Origin: an uncultured bacterium
Lineage (GTDB): Bacteria > Krumholzibacteriota > Krumholzibacteriia > Krumholzibacteriales > Krumholzibacteriaceae
NCBI GenBank assembly: GCA_965371515.1
Contig: CBDUYR010000004.1
Location: forward strand, 11,594-75,593
Direction of reading: 5' to 3'
Length of the DNA: 64,000 nt
This document shows, piece by piece, positions 19,496-28,986 of this stretch. The translations under genes were made by a program, and so were the position numbers. The notes beneath the pieces were generated by a model. The model saw only the letters and a list, made by a program, of their open reading frames with translations, made no database searches and was not told the DNA's origin. Position 1 is the stretch's first letter. Every line of letters begins with the position of its first letter.

Positions 19496-20434
19496 CTACA
19501 CGAACAACATGCTGATCGATTCTTCCATATGGATCCTGCGGATGGCCTCCCCGAGCAGGGGCGCCACGTCGAGGATCTTGATTCTGCTGCACTCCCCGTT
19601 GTTTGTGAACGGGATCGAGTTGGTGACCACCGTCTCCTCGATGCTGGACTTCTCCAGCTTTTCGAGGGCCTTTCCGGAGAATACGGGATGCGTGGCCATC
19701 GCCATTACCCTGCCGGCCCCGGCGTCCTTCAGGACCTGGGCGGCCTGCGTGATCGTGCCGGCGGTGCTGATGATATCGTCCAGGATGATGATATCGCTGC
19801 CGGCGACTTCTCCGATCACGTTCATTACCTCGGATTCGTCGGCACCGGTCCTGCGCTTGTCGACGATCGCGAGGTTCGCATTGAGTCTCTTGGCGAAAGC
19901 CCTGCCCATCTTTATCCCGCCGACATCGGGCGAAACGATGGTAAGGTCCTTGAAATTCTTCCCCTTAATATATTCAAGCATTACGGGCGCCGCAAAAAGA
20001 TTATCGACCTGAATATCGAAAAATCCCTGGATCTGGGCGGCGTGCAGCTCGAGCGCCAGGACCCTGTGCGCTCCGGCCGTCTCGATCAGGTTGGCGATCA
20101 GCTTCGCCGTAATCGGGACCCGCGGCTGGTCCTTCCTGTCCTGCCTCGCGTAGCCGTAATACGGGATCACGGCAGTGATGCGGTTCGCCGAGGCACGGTA
20201 ACAGGCGTCGATGAGGATCAGGAGCTCGAGCAGGTTGTCGGCGGGCGGGAGAGTGGGCTGGATGATGAACACGTCCTTGCCCCTGATGTTTTCGTTGATG
20301 TTAATGCGGATCTCCCCGTCGGAAAACCTGCCCACCTCGACATCGCACAGTTTGATGCCGAGATACGAGGCGATATCCCCCGAAAGCCGCACATTGGCGT
20401 TCCCGCTCATCAGTGTCACCAGCTCCATCTTCAC
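19496..20434 (-). CDS. prs: ribose-phosphate pyrophosphokinase
   Basis: 312 aa. PYYGYARQDRK and DLHAAQIQGFF motifs, plus the PRPP-binding loop IILDDIISTAGT. Confidence 0.96.
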   Translation of the reverse strand: MKMELVTLMSGNANVRLSGDIASYLGIKLCDVEVGRFSDGEIRININENIRGKDVFIIQPTLPPADNLLELLILIDACYRASANRITAVIPYYGYARQDRKDQPRVPITAKLIANLIETAGAHRVLALELHAAQIQGFFDIQVDNLFAAPVMLEYIKGKNFKDLTIVSPDVGGIKMGRAFAKRLNANLAIVDKRRTGADESEVMNVIGEVAGSDIIILDDIISTAGTITQAAQVLKDAGAGRVMAMATHPVFSGKALEKLEKSSIEETVVTNSIPFTNNGECSRIKILDVAPLLGEAIRRIHMEESISMLFV

Positions 20435-20484
20435 TGTCCTTCCGAAAAAAAAGCGACCTGTCCGGCCACCGATCCACCCTTTAA

Positions 20485-20558
20485 TGGTTGGGGCGGGAGG
20501 ATTCGAACCTCCGATCCAGGAGCCAAAGTCCTGTGTCTTGCCACTTGACGACGCCCCA
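20485..20558 (-). tRNA. tRNA-Gln (UUG)
   Basis: Reverse complement folds as a cloverleaf: acceptor UGGGGCG/CGCCCCA, anticodon stem CAGGA/UCCUG with loop CUUUGGC, T-loop GGUUCGAAUCC, and an encoded CCA. Confidence 0.9.
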
Positions 20559-20575
20559 AGCAGTTCTGTCGAATT

Positions 20576-20869
20576 TTACTGCCCGGTTACTTCGAGTCCG
20601 GCCTCTGTCTCTGCGTTTACGAGTTCCTCCTTGTAGGCCGTTATTATCAAACCCTCCATCCAGTCCCTGGTCTCATTGTTGATAGGATGGGCTACATCCT
20701 GATAGGTACCGTCAGGCCTCTTGCGGCTCGGCATGGCGACAAACACGCCCTTGGCGCCTTCGATGATCTTCAGACCCCTGATAACGAAACAGTTATCGAT
20801 GGTAATACTTGCAAAAGCCTTCAGTTTGTTGTCGTCCCGAAGTGAAATCCTGATCTCGGTTATCTTCAT
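20576..20869 (-). CDS. spoVG: septation protein SpoVG
   Basis: Start taken at MKITEIRISLRDDNKLKAFASITIDNCFVIRGLKII (ATG 20869), the canonical SpoVG sequence. Confidence 0.93.
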   Translation of the reverse strand: MKITEIRISLRDDNKLKAFASITIDNCFVIRGLKIIEGAKGVFVAMPSRKRPDGTYQDVAHPINNETRDWMEGLIITAYKEELVNAETEAGLEVTGQ

Positions 20870-20891
20870 GTGGCCCCCCCTGAATACTTGC

Positions 20892-21779
20892 TTACTCCTT
20901 TTCGAGGAGTTCCAGAGTCCGTCCGGCGGGATATACGATCCAGGCCGAATGACCCTCATCGAGCATGAGGTCCATCACCCTTGACGCCGTTGTGTCATCT
21001 TCGTAAAGCGCGAAACACGCCGAGCCGCTTCCGCTCATCAAACTCAGGCTCGCCCCTTCGCGCTCCAGGAGAGCCAGGATCCGGCCGATAACCGGATACT
21101 CTCCGACGACGACTTCCTGGAAGCTGTTGCTGGCCTCAAGAGCGATATCCGGAAAATCCTTCAATCCCCCCAGCAGACAATTTAGTTTATGTCCGCCTTC
21201 AGGCCTTGTCAATATTAAATTGGGATTTTGATAAGCCCACCTGGTAGAAACGTTTAAATCCGGCTTGACGATGAGAATAGTTCCTGTCTCCAGTCCGTTT
21301 GTCTTTTCGAGCAATTCGCCCCGTCCCCTTCCGATGGCCGGCGATCCGAACAGGAAGAAAGGAACGTCGGAACCGATCTCGAGGGCCGTCTCCATCAAGC
21401 GCTGCCGGTCGATTCCCAGGCCGAACAGCTCGTTCACCCCGGAAAGGACCCCTGCGGCGTCCGAACTGCCTCCACCGAGCCCCGCCCCTGCGGGTATGTT
21501 CTTCCGGACACTGATCGATACACCCCGCCCTTCTCCATCCTCCCCGAGGATCAGGCCGGCCGCTTTCCAGCAGAGGTTTGAACTGTCCCACCTGATGCCC
21601 GGATCATCGCCCGTCAAGGTGATGCCCCTGGCAGCCGGCTCTATGCGGATGATATCGTAAAGGGTCACGGGCTGAAACACGGTCTCTATATCATGGTAAC
21701 CGTCATCGCGCCTTCGGATCACGTCGAGATAGAGGTTGATCTTGGCGGAGCATCTGACAGTGATGCTTTCGGCGGTCAT
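20892..21779 (-). CDS. ispE: 4-diphosphocytidyl-2-C-methyl-D-erythritol kinase
   Basis: Start taken at MTAESITVRCSAKINLYLDV (ATG 21779). GHMP kinase motif IPAGAGLGGGSSDAAG. The upstream part of the ORF-track call overlaps the previous gene. Confidence 0.9.
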   Translation of the reverse strand: MTAESITVRCSAKINLYLDVIRRRDDGYHDIETVFQPVTLYDIIRIEPAARGITLTGDDPGIRWDSSNLCWKAAGLILGEDGEGRGVSISVRKNIPAGAGLGGGSSDAAGVLSGVNELFGLGIDRQRLMETALEIGSDVPFFLFGSPAIGRGRGELLEKTNGLETGTILIVKPDLNVSTRWAYQNPNLILTRPEGGHKLNCLLGGLKDFPDIALEASNSFQEVVVGEYPVIGRILALLEREGASLSLMSGSGSACFALYEDDTTASRVMDLMLDEGHSAWIVYPAGRTLELLEKE

Positions 21780-21837
21780 CGGCAGGCCCCCGTGGACGGC
21801 CCGGATAGAAGTCCCCGGCCTGGTTGAAGCCGCGAGC

Positions 21838-22920
21838 TCAGGTGGAGTCCCGGTAGCTCTCCCACAGGTCGCCCCACTTCGTCTTTCTGAATTTCCTGAT
21901 CTTCGAACGGCCCACGGTCGGGTACCAGAAGAAGTCATGGTAGATGTTGCTCGCCATCGGAGCCCACCCGACGAGGGGTGAATGCAGGGCGGCCTTCTCG
22001 AGGAACTGGAGCGGCCCCTTCCTGAGCATCTGGTCACCCCAGATGACAAAGCTCTTCTTCACCCGGAATTCAAAGTCGAGCTTTTCGATATCCTCGCCGA
22101 CGATCTCGATGTTTTCGATCCTCGCCTCACCGAGGCCCCTCTCAGTCGACCAGCGGAGATAATCGATCGACATCGGGTCGAATCCCATGATCTTCGCCGC
22201 CACGGCGTCGATGGCCACCGAATCGGCGCTCGCAAGGATCAGGTCGCCCTCGTACAGATCCATTGTCCTCGGGCCCGCCCCGTTGCCGCAGACCGTCCCG
22301 TCCATCACCGCGAAGATGTTGGGATGGAGCTCGCGCTGCATGAGAAGCAGGTCGACGAGGACCTCGTGCATATACTTGTGGGCGTAGTGCCTGACCTCCT
22401 TGAGCAGACCGCCGAAGGAGTTCTTGATGGCTCCCGTCGTTGTCGAGTGGCCGTGGGTCTTTACCGTGGGAAGGTGGAGCACGTCCTTTCCTATGTACAT
22501 CTTCGGGATCTCGATACCCTCGGGGAATATCTCGGCGAGCTTGAGCAGCTCGGAACGGAACTCGTAAACGGTCCATTCGACCTCGGGAAGCGGGATGAAG
22601 GGCAGCCCGTACCTGTCGAGGATCGGCATCCAGAGATTGTTTACTGCGCCCTTTCGCGGATTGGTGACGACCGTCCTGTTTTCGACGGGAATGATCGACT
22701 CGGTCGTGTATCCCCGGCCGAGAAGGTCCTTCACCACACCCTCGAGCTGCCACGGCTGGCTCGAGCAGGCTGGGAAGTACTTCGTCCACGAGAGGTTGAG
22801 TTTGATCAGCAGGTCCCTCTCGGCATTCAGGACATCTCCGGCTCCTGCCATATCCATGAGGAGATGATAATCATCCACGATCGTTTCCGGAGTCGTCCTG
22901 AGAACCGCTACCTTTGACAT
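21838..22920 (-). CDS. DUF362 domain protein
   Basis: 360 aa. Pattern typical of DUF362 (LIKLNLSW..., TVKTHGHSTTTGAIKNSFGG, DGTVCGNGAGPR, ASADSVAIDAVAAKIMGF). Function unknown. Confidence 0.75.
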   Translation of the reverse strand: MSKVAVLRTTPETIVDDYHLLMDMAGAGDVLNAERDLLIKLNLSWTKYFPACSSQPWQLEGVVKDLLGRGYTTESIIPVENRTVVTNPRKGAVNNLWMPILDRYGLPFIPLPEVEWTVYEFRSELLKLAEIFPEGIEIPKMYIGKDVLHLPTVKTHGHSTTTGAIKNSFGGLLKEVRHYAHKYMHEVLVDLLLMQRELHPNIFAVMDGTVCGNGAGPRTMDLYEGDLILASADSVAIDAVAAKIMGFDPMSIDYLRWSTERGLGEARIENIEIVGEDIEKLDFEFRVKKSFVIWGDQMLRKGPLQFLEKAALHSPLVGWAPMASNIYHDFFWYPTVGRSKIRKFRKTKWGDLWESYRDST

Positions 22921-22968
22921 TCAAAAACCACCTCTCCCGGCGGCTGCGATCGTCACGGGACGATCGCC

Positions 22969-23859
22969 TCACCGGATGATTATTATATATACTACCGCCG
23001 CGAACCAGAGGACCACGTCGATGATTATTGCTTTCTCGGTCAGCAGGACGCCCGACGGATCGCCGCCCTCGTTCCTGCTGTATACGAGGTAGAGATACCT
23101 CATGAGCCCGAAAACGACAAACGGTATCGTATACACGAGGTCCTTCGTGCCGAACTTGAGGACCGTCGAAGGCCAGACAGTATATATCGAGTAAGAGATG
23201 ATCGAGGCCGTAGCGGAAAGGCTGACCAGCTGGTCGAGCAGAGTCACGGAATATTCCTTCAGCGACGTGCGGTGATCGCCCGCCGAGACGAGATTGGTGA
23301 TCTCGTTCCTTCTCTTGCAGATCGCGAGGAAAAGAGACAGGAACAGCGTGCATATCCACAGCCACGGCGAGAACTCGAGGTCGGGTATCACCGAGTGGAG
23401 TACCGCCACTCCAGCAACCGCCCTGATGAGAAAGCTGAAGGAGATCGAGATGACGTCGAGTATCACGACATGGCGGAAGATCAGCGAGTAGGCCAGGTTG
23501 ACACCGACGAACGCCGACGTGAGAAAGAAAAACTCTCTCCCGAGAATCCAAGCCACGGGAAGCAGCACCGCTATCAGGAGAACGGCGAAACCGACCGCCA
23601 ACCCCGGGCTGATCCTGCCGGCCGCTATCGGGCGTATCTTTTTCTTCGGATGCTCCCTGTCCCTGTCGCGGTCGAATACGTCATTGAGTATGTAGATCGC
23701 GCCGGAAAGACCGCAGAAGACGAGGAAACCGTAGAGGCTCAGACGAACGAGCTCGGGATCGGTGAATCTCTTCGAGAAGACAACGCCGGCGAAGAGGACC
23801 ACGTTCTTGGTCCACTGCTTGGCCCGCATCGAGACGGCCAGGTACCATAACTTTTTCAT
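22969..23859 (-). CDS. UbiA-family prenyl-phosphate phosphoribosyltransferase (decaprenyl-phosphate 5-phosphoribosyltransferase-like)
   Basis: 296 aa, polytopic. MRAKQWTKNVVLFAG..., YILNDVFDRDRDREHPKKKIRPIAAGRIS and YLIRAVAGV-type motifs closely resemble the mycobacterial Rv3806c family as I remember it. Confidence 0.8.
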   Translation of the reverse strand: MKKLWYLAVSMRAKQWTKNVVLFAGVVFSKRFTDPELVRLSLYGFLVFCGLSGAIYILNDVFDRDRDREHPKKKIRPIAAGRISPGLAVGFAVLLIAVLLPVAWILGREFFFLTSAFVGVNLAYSLIFRHVVILDVISISFSFLIRAVAGVAVLHSVIPDLEFSPWLWICTLFLSLFLAICKRRNEITNLVSAGDHRTSLKEYSVTLLDQLVSLSATASIISYSIYTVWPSTVLKFGTKDLVYTIPFVVFGLMRYLYLVYSRNEGGDPSGVLLTEKAIIIDVVLWFAAVVYIIIIR

Positions 23860-23864
23860 GTCGG

Positions 23865-25121
23865 TTAATATACACTTTCTTCAGGCCGCGAGTCAAGTGG
23901 CGCCGCGGACAACCCGGCGCCGTACTCTCTGTATACGGCCGCGTTCAATCCGACGATGATCAGCATCATCGTCAGCACCTCGGCGTCGCCGAAGTTCCAG
24001 TCGAACATCCCGTTGACGATGAAGCCCGTTATCGCGCCGAGGGATCCGGCCATCAGGGCTCTCCCGGGCGGAGGCAGGTCGAGACGCAGGTTCCTTCCCA
24101 CGATCCTGAACATCGCGACGAGCAGCCAGACGAAGGCGGCAAGCCCGACCGTTCCGAGCGTCACAGCAACATGAAGGAAGATGTTATGCATGTGACCGTG
24201 CACGTGGACAGCCTCCGGCGGCATGTGCTCCCTGTAGATATCGCCGAGATCTACCGGTCCCGTACCTATGACCGGGTGCTCCCTGAATATGGAGATCCCG
24301 CCCTTGATCATGTTGATCCTCTGGATATTCGTCCTGAACTGCGGATCAAACATCGTCTTTATCCTGTCGCGGTAAGGGCCGGGCGCCAGAATCACCCACG
24401 CAGCTACCAGAGCGAAATAAACGGGGATCCAGCGTCTTCGCAGGACGACGAGTATCACGATACCCGAGACGAACATGCCGAGCCATGACGACCGGGTCTG
24501 CGTGAGCAGCAGGGCTGCGGAGGCCGCGGCCGCCGCGATTATCGAAAAGACCCTCAGTCTGCGTGGTATTCCCCGGGCGATCGACACCGCCGAGTAGAGA
24601 GACAGCAGCAGCAGCATGATTCCACCGAACGTCATCGAGTTGGAGAATGAACCGGGCGTTCTTTCCAGGCTGCCCCTCCCCATCCCGAGAAAATATATGA
24701 CCACACCGAATACAGCCGAGCCCGTCCCCGAAACAAGCAGAACGCCGTAGACATTCCTGCGGACCGATCCGTGAACGGCCAGCGAAGCGGCGAGCCAGAC
24801 GATTACGAACAGCAGATAGTTTTTGAGATTTCCGAAAGCCGCGGACGGAGCGCCGGAGAGAAGCGATGAGATGATCGAGACCAGTATGAACGCCGCCAGG
24901 GGAAAGGCGAGCAACAGCCTTCCAGGCCTGAATGTTGGATCGAGCAGGCAGAGCACAATCCAGAGAAGCACGGTGATGCTGAGGGAGATCTGAGTGATGG
25001 CGATCGAGAAGGTCGACGCGAAGACGAAGATGCCGAAAAATATCAGTGCCGCCAGCCGCAGACGGGCAACGACCGTACGGCCCTCAACCGCGTTGACCAC
25101 GGTCTCGCGGCCCTCAGCCAC
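23865..25121 (-). CDS. O-antigen ligase (Wzy_C) family membrane protein
   Basis: Polytopic protein with a TQTRSSWLGMFVSG-type Wzy_C loop. The start is uncertain. I prefer the GTG at 25121 (GGAGG 9 nt upstream), which overlaps the upstream stop by 8 nt, over the ORF-track start at 25199. Confidence 0.7.
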   Translation of the reverse strand: MAEGRETVVNAVEGRTVVARLRLAALIFFGIFVFASTFSIAITQISLSITVLLWIVLCLLDPTFRPGRLLLAFPLAAFILVSIISSLLSGAPSAAFGNLKNYLLFVIVWLAASLAVHGSVRRNVYGVLLVSGTGSAVFGVVIYFLGMGRGSLERTPGSFSNSMTFGGIMLLLLSLYSAVSIARGIPRRLRVFSIIAAAAASAALLLTQTRSSWLGMFVSGIVILVVLRRRWIPVYFALVAAWVILAPGPYRDRIKTMFDPQFRTNIQRINMIKGGISIFREHPVIGTGPVDLGDIYREHMPPEAVHVHGHMHNIFLHVAVTLGTVGLAAFVWLLVAMFRIVGRNLRLDLPPPGRALMAGSLGAITGFIVNGMFDWNFGDAEVLTMMLIIVGLNAAVYREYGAGLSAAPLDSRPEESVY

Positions 25122-27612
25122 TTTCACGTTCCTCCACTCCGCTGCCGCTCGTGAAATCGACGAGGATACCCGACACCATCTCTGTCTCCCCTTCGGCAAG
25201 GGCCCTCGATATTTCCATCAGCACACCGGTGACTCCCTCGGGTACTCCGTCCGTACCGACACTCTCCAGCCGGACTTCACCGTTGTCTTCTGCCGCACGC
25301 ACCTCCCATACCATTCCCTTCTCTTCGGACAGACTTGCCGCGGCACTCAGCAGCGTCGCTGTGCCGACAGCGCCGTCGGTGCGGATTATGACAAGCTTCT
25401 CTTCCTTGCCACGGAACAGGTTCCCTACTACCGCTTCGCCGAACAGTGCCGCGCGCCTCACATCGTCGTCCCGGTGAGCCCCCCCGCGACTGATCACTAC
25501 CAGCCTCGAGCCGGCCGAGACAGCGGCGTCGGCCAGCCTCTCGAGGGGCAGAACGACCTTGCGTATAAAGGCATCGAGTGGATTCGACAGTTCCCGCACG
25601 GTCATGTCGAAATCGATTATCATCACGTCGGGCGAGATCTCCGCAACGAGCCGGATAGTGGCGATGCGATCCTCGAGCACACCGAGATAAACTCCTGTGG
25701 GCGTCTCGATCCATGCCGAACTCTCCTTCACTACGAAAAGATCGTCGGTTATCACCGAGAGAGACGCCGATCGGCCGAACCTCACGGGAGAGGCCCTTAC
25801 AACCGGCCCGTTGCCGGCGGCCACGACCTTCATTCCGTCGAACAGCCCGATTTCCGCCGGGAGACGTCCGGCCGCCTCCGAGGGATCGCCCAGGACCCTG
25901 ACAGGAACACCGTAGCGCTCCAGCTGATCGAATCTTTCCGGAGGCACCCTGCCCGCGTAAGAGGCGGAGATCACAATCTCATCGACACCGTGGTGGGCAG
26001 CGATGCTCTCGATCTCCCCCATGCTCCCGAGGACGGGAATACCGTGGATCATTCTCCCGTGCATTGAACGCCTGTCGTCGAGCCAGCCGACCGGGTGCAG
26101 GCCTTTCGTCTGCTTGACCTGATGGAGAACGGCCTCTGCTGCATGGCCCGTCTCGCCGATCACGACCCTCCTGCCCTCGACCTCCTCGTGCGCGGGGAGT
26201 TCGTGGAACCAGCGGGTGACCACCCTCGCTCCCGCCATAAACACGGTGAGAATGAACAGGTCTATCAGGAAGACCGAGCGGGGGAACGATTCGAATCTGA
26301 ACAGGAATGTGAAGAGAAGCACCATGATCGCCGAACCTACGGCGACCGCCCTGAATATCCTCACTATATCGTCGAATGTCGTATACCGCCAGACGGTCTT
26401 GTAAAGCCCGTAGTAATAAAAAACAGCCGTCCTGATCACGATGACTATGGGAAAGCTCACTATCATCGTCCGGATCTCCGCCTCGTGGAAACTGAAATTG
26501 AGGCGGAGCATGTAGCTGAGAACGTAGCTCCCGCCGATCAGCACGAGGTCGGTGAGAGCCGCAGCGAACATCCTCCTCGCGCTCCCTACTTCCCCTCCTT
26601 TTTCCAGCTTCCTGATCTTGAAGACAGCCCAGAGAAAGAAACCCGTCCAGATGACGGCGAGGCCGGAGATGAACTCGCTCTCGCCGCTTACCAGGAGAAA
26701 CGCGCTCCCGCCGAGCAGGGCCGCGATGAAATACTCGAGAAGGGCGACCTGCTTGTGGGAATGACCGAGATCCGTCAGTCTCTGGTAGTAGTGCGTCCTG
26801 TGTGCGGCGAAGATCCTCTTTCTCTGTATCATCCTTCTCACCAGCGTAAGAGCCGCGTCCCCGAGGACGCCACCCATCAGGAGTATCGTCACGAACGCCG
26901 GAACACCGTGGCGCGCCCCCGCGATCGAGAGGACTGCGAACATGAAACCGATGAAAGTGGACCCGCAGTCTCCCATGAATATCCTGGCAGGTGGGAAATT
27001 ATAGCGGAGAAAACCGAACAGCACACCGGCGATGACCGCGTATACCAGCCCGAAGGCCGGATCTCCTGCCGCGAAGCCGAGCAGCACGAGGAATACGGCG
27101 GCGATCATGCCGACGCCAGCCGCCAGCCCGTCGAGCCCATCGATGAAATTGTAGAAATTAACGATTGCCGTTATCCAGAGGACCGTGATCGGGATGGCCG
27201 CCGGACCGAGCGGCAGCGTTCCTAAAAGAGGGATCCTGACCTCCTCGAGGAGTACTCCGGAAGCTATGACAGTTCCGGCGGCTGCCAGCTGCACGACCAG
27301 CTTCAGCTTCGCATCGAGACCCCTCAGATCGTCGATGAGCCCTACCGTGGCTATCATCGCCGCCGCCACGAAGATCCCCGTCTTCGAACCGATACCGGGG
27401 AGAGGATCGAATCCTGCGAGTCTGGCCGTAAACATGGTCAGAAAGAACGCGAGTACGATCGCGACCCCTCCGAGACGCGGTTTTGGCACCTCGTGAGAAC
27501 CGCGGTCTGTCGGCATATCGAGCAGGGACCGGCGAAGAGAGTACCGCAGTATCGCCCCCGTTATCAGGAACGAGATCAGTAATGCCTCGAGAAAGAAGAG
27601 AAGTTCACGCAT
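25114..27612 (-). CDS. fusion protein: WecA/WbpL-type polyprenyl-phosphate hexosamine-1-P transferase (GT4) + WbpM/PglF-like membrane, Rossmann and degenerate dehydratase module
   Basis: 832 aa. The N-terminal approx. 330 aa carry MraY/WecA motifs (DDLRGLDAKLKL, NFYNFIDGLDGLAAG, MGDCGSTFIGF). Then come 4 TM helices and a CoA-binding-like domain (RRVVIGETGHAAE...GWLDDRRSMHGRMIHGIPVLG). The C-terminal approx. 250 aa are collinear with the CapD/PglF dehydratase, but have AAGNGPVV for TGAGGSIG and ISRGGA for STDKA. Confidence 0.8.
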   Translation of the reverse strand: MRELLFFLEALLISFLITGAILRYSLRRSLLDMPTDRGSHEVPKPRLGGVAIVLAFFLTMFTARLAGFDPLPGIGSKTGIFVAAAMIATVGLIDDLRGLDAKLKLVVQLAAAGTVIASGVLLEEVRIPLLGTLPLGPAAIPITVLWITAIVNFYNFIDGLDGLAAGVGMIAAVFLVLLGFAAGDPAFGLVYAVIAGVLFGFLRYNFPPARIFMGDCGSTFIGFMFAVLSIAGARHGVPAFVTILLMGGVLGDAALTLVRRMIQRKRIFAAHRTHYYQRLTDLGHSHKQVALLEYFIAALLGGSAFLLVSGESEFISGLAVIWTGFFLWAVFKIRKLEKGGEVGSARRMFAAALTDLVLIGGSYVLSYMLRLNFSFHEAEIRTMIVSFPIVIVIRTAVFYYYGLYKTVWRYTTFDDIVRIFRAVAVGSAIMVLLFTFLFRFESFPRSVFLIDLFILTVFMAGARVVTRWFHELPAHEEVEGRRVVIGETGHAAEAVLHQVKQTKGLHPVGWLDDRRSMHGRMIHGIPVLGSMGEIESIAAHHGVDEIVISASYAGRVPPERFDQLERYGVPVRVLGDPSEAAGRLPAEIGLFDGMKVVAAGNGPVVRASPVRFGRSASLSVITDDLFVVKESSAWIETPTGVYLGVLEDRIATIRLVAEISPDVMIIDFDMTVRELSNPLDAFIRKVVLPLERLADAAVSAGSRLVVISRGGAHRDDDVRRAALFGEAVVGNLFRGKEEKLVIIRTDGAVGTATLLSAAASLSEEKGMVWEVRAAEDNGEVRLESVGTDGVPEGVTGVLMEISRALAEGETEMVSGILVDFTSGSGVEERESG

Positions 27613-27804
27613 GTAATTCTTCCATGGCGAAATGCCGAATTCCGCAAAGCGTGATGATACTTTATGCGAGATGGCCGGACAAGCGATTTCGGCCGGTCAC
27701 GCCCCCTCGCCTGACCTCATGAATATCCTTGCCGGTCTGCCGGCCGACGATTAGAATACTCGGGAATCTGTATATTTCCGCCCCTTTTCGGGATTTACGG
27801 CGCC

Positions 27805-28986
27805 ATGAACGACAGGATCTCAATCACTCATCTTATAACGGGCACCTCTACCGGCGGCGCCGAGACGATGCTCCACAAACTCGTATCGAGGACCGACAGG
27901 GAAAGGTTCGACGTCAGCGTGATCTCGCTGACGACCGCGGGGGAAGTCGGCAGAAGGATGATCGACGAGGGAGTTTCCTTCCACTCTCTCGATGCGTCGA
28001 GAAGCGGCCTCGATCCATCGGCGCTCGTCAGACTGATCCGGGTCCTCCGGAGGACCCGTCCCGACATCCTCCAGACATGGATGTATCATGCCGACCTGGC
28101 AGGCGGACTCGCCGCCAGGTTAGCACACTCGATCCCCGTCGCCTGGAACATCCGACACAGCGATCTCGATCCGGACCACATGAAGAAGAAGACGATACGC
28201 GTGGCGGAGTGGTGCGCCCGCCTTTCCCGGCGTCTCCCCGAAAGGATCGTCTGCTGTTCGCGGGCCTCCATGGAGACCCATGCGGCGATCGGATACGACA
28301 GGGAGAGGATGGTCGTAATCCAGAACGGGTTCGACACATCGCTCTTCGCACCCGACAGCAACGCCCGGAACTCGGTACGCAAAGAACTCGGCCTCGACAG
28401 GGACACGCCGCTCGTCGGCCTCGTGGCGAGATACCATCCCCAGAAGGACCATGCGACATTCATACGTGCGACCGGTATCCTGCACGCGGAGATGCCTGAG
28501 GTCCGTTTCGTCCTCTGCGGAAAGGACGTGACGGCAGAAAACATGGATCTTGCCGGAATGATCGGAGAAGCGGGTCTCGAGGGTGCGATCCACCTGCTCG
28601 GACGGCGCGCCGACATTCCGAGGATACAGGCATCACTCGACATCGCCTCATCATCCGCCTCGAGCGGCGAGGGATTCCCCAACATAATCGGAGAGGCTAT
28701 GTCATGCGGAGTGCCGTGCGTTGTGACAGACGTGGGTGATTCGGCGGAGATCGTGGGAGACTTCGGGCTGGTCGTCGAACCGGCAAACCCGGAAATGCTC
28801 GCCGCCGGCTGGAAAAAGATCCTCGATATGAAACGTGAAACGAGAGCGGCCCTCGGTGAAAAAGCCCGGGAGAGAATAGAAAAAAACTACGAGATCGGCG
28901 CCGTCACCGCCAGGTACGAGGTCATGTATATCGGCATGTGCGGGGAACACGGGCCGCGGGGGGATTCCGTCACTTCCGCCCAGTGA
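27805..28986 (+). CDS. glycosyltransferase family 4 (GT-B, GT1-like)
   Basis: 393 aa. ITGTSTGGAETMLHKL N-terminus and a C-terminal EGFPNIIGEAMSCGVPCVVTDVGD motif (E-x7-E type). Confidence 0.8.
   Translation: MNDRISITHLITGTSTGGAETMLHKLVSRTDRERFDVSVISLTTAGEVGRRMIDEGVSFHSLDASRSGLDPSALVRLIRVLRRTRPDILQTWMYHADLAGGLAARLAHSIPVAWNIRHSDLDPDHMKKKTIRVAEWCARLSRRLPERIVCCSRASMETHAAIGYDRERMVVIQNGFDTSLFAPDSNARNSVRKELGLDRDTPLVGLVARYHPQKDHATFIRATGILHAEMPEVRFVLCGKDVTAENMDLAGMIGEAGLEGAIHLLGRRADIPRIQASLDIASSSASSGEGFPNIIGEAMSCGVPCVVTDVGDSAEIVGDFGLVVEPANPEMLAAGWKKILDMKRETRAALGEKARERIEKNYEIGAVTARYEVMYIGMCGEHGPRGDSVTSAQ

Noticed and set aside
18088-20548. Long plus-strand ORFs (377 aa and 370 aa) opposite pth/rplY and prs. 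Similar cases occur at 21982-22917, 26095-27225, 29129-30451, 33115-34035, 37648-38577, 50885-52225 and 59000-59971.
   Set aside because: Same explanation: these are antisense frames of strongly GC3-biased genes. All overlap confidently identified genes on the other strand, and their products are Arg/Pro/Gly/Asp-rich with no motifs.
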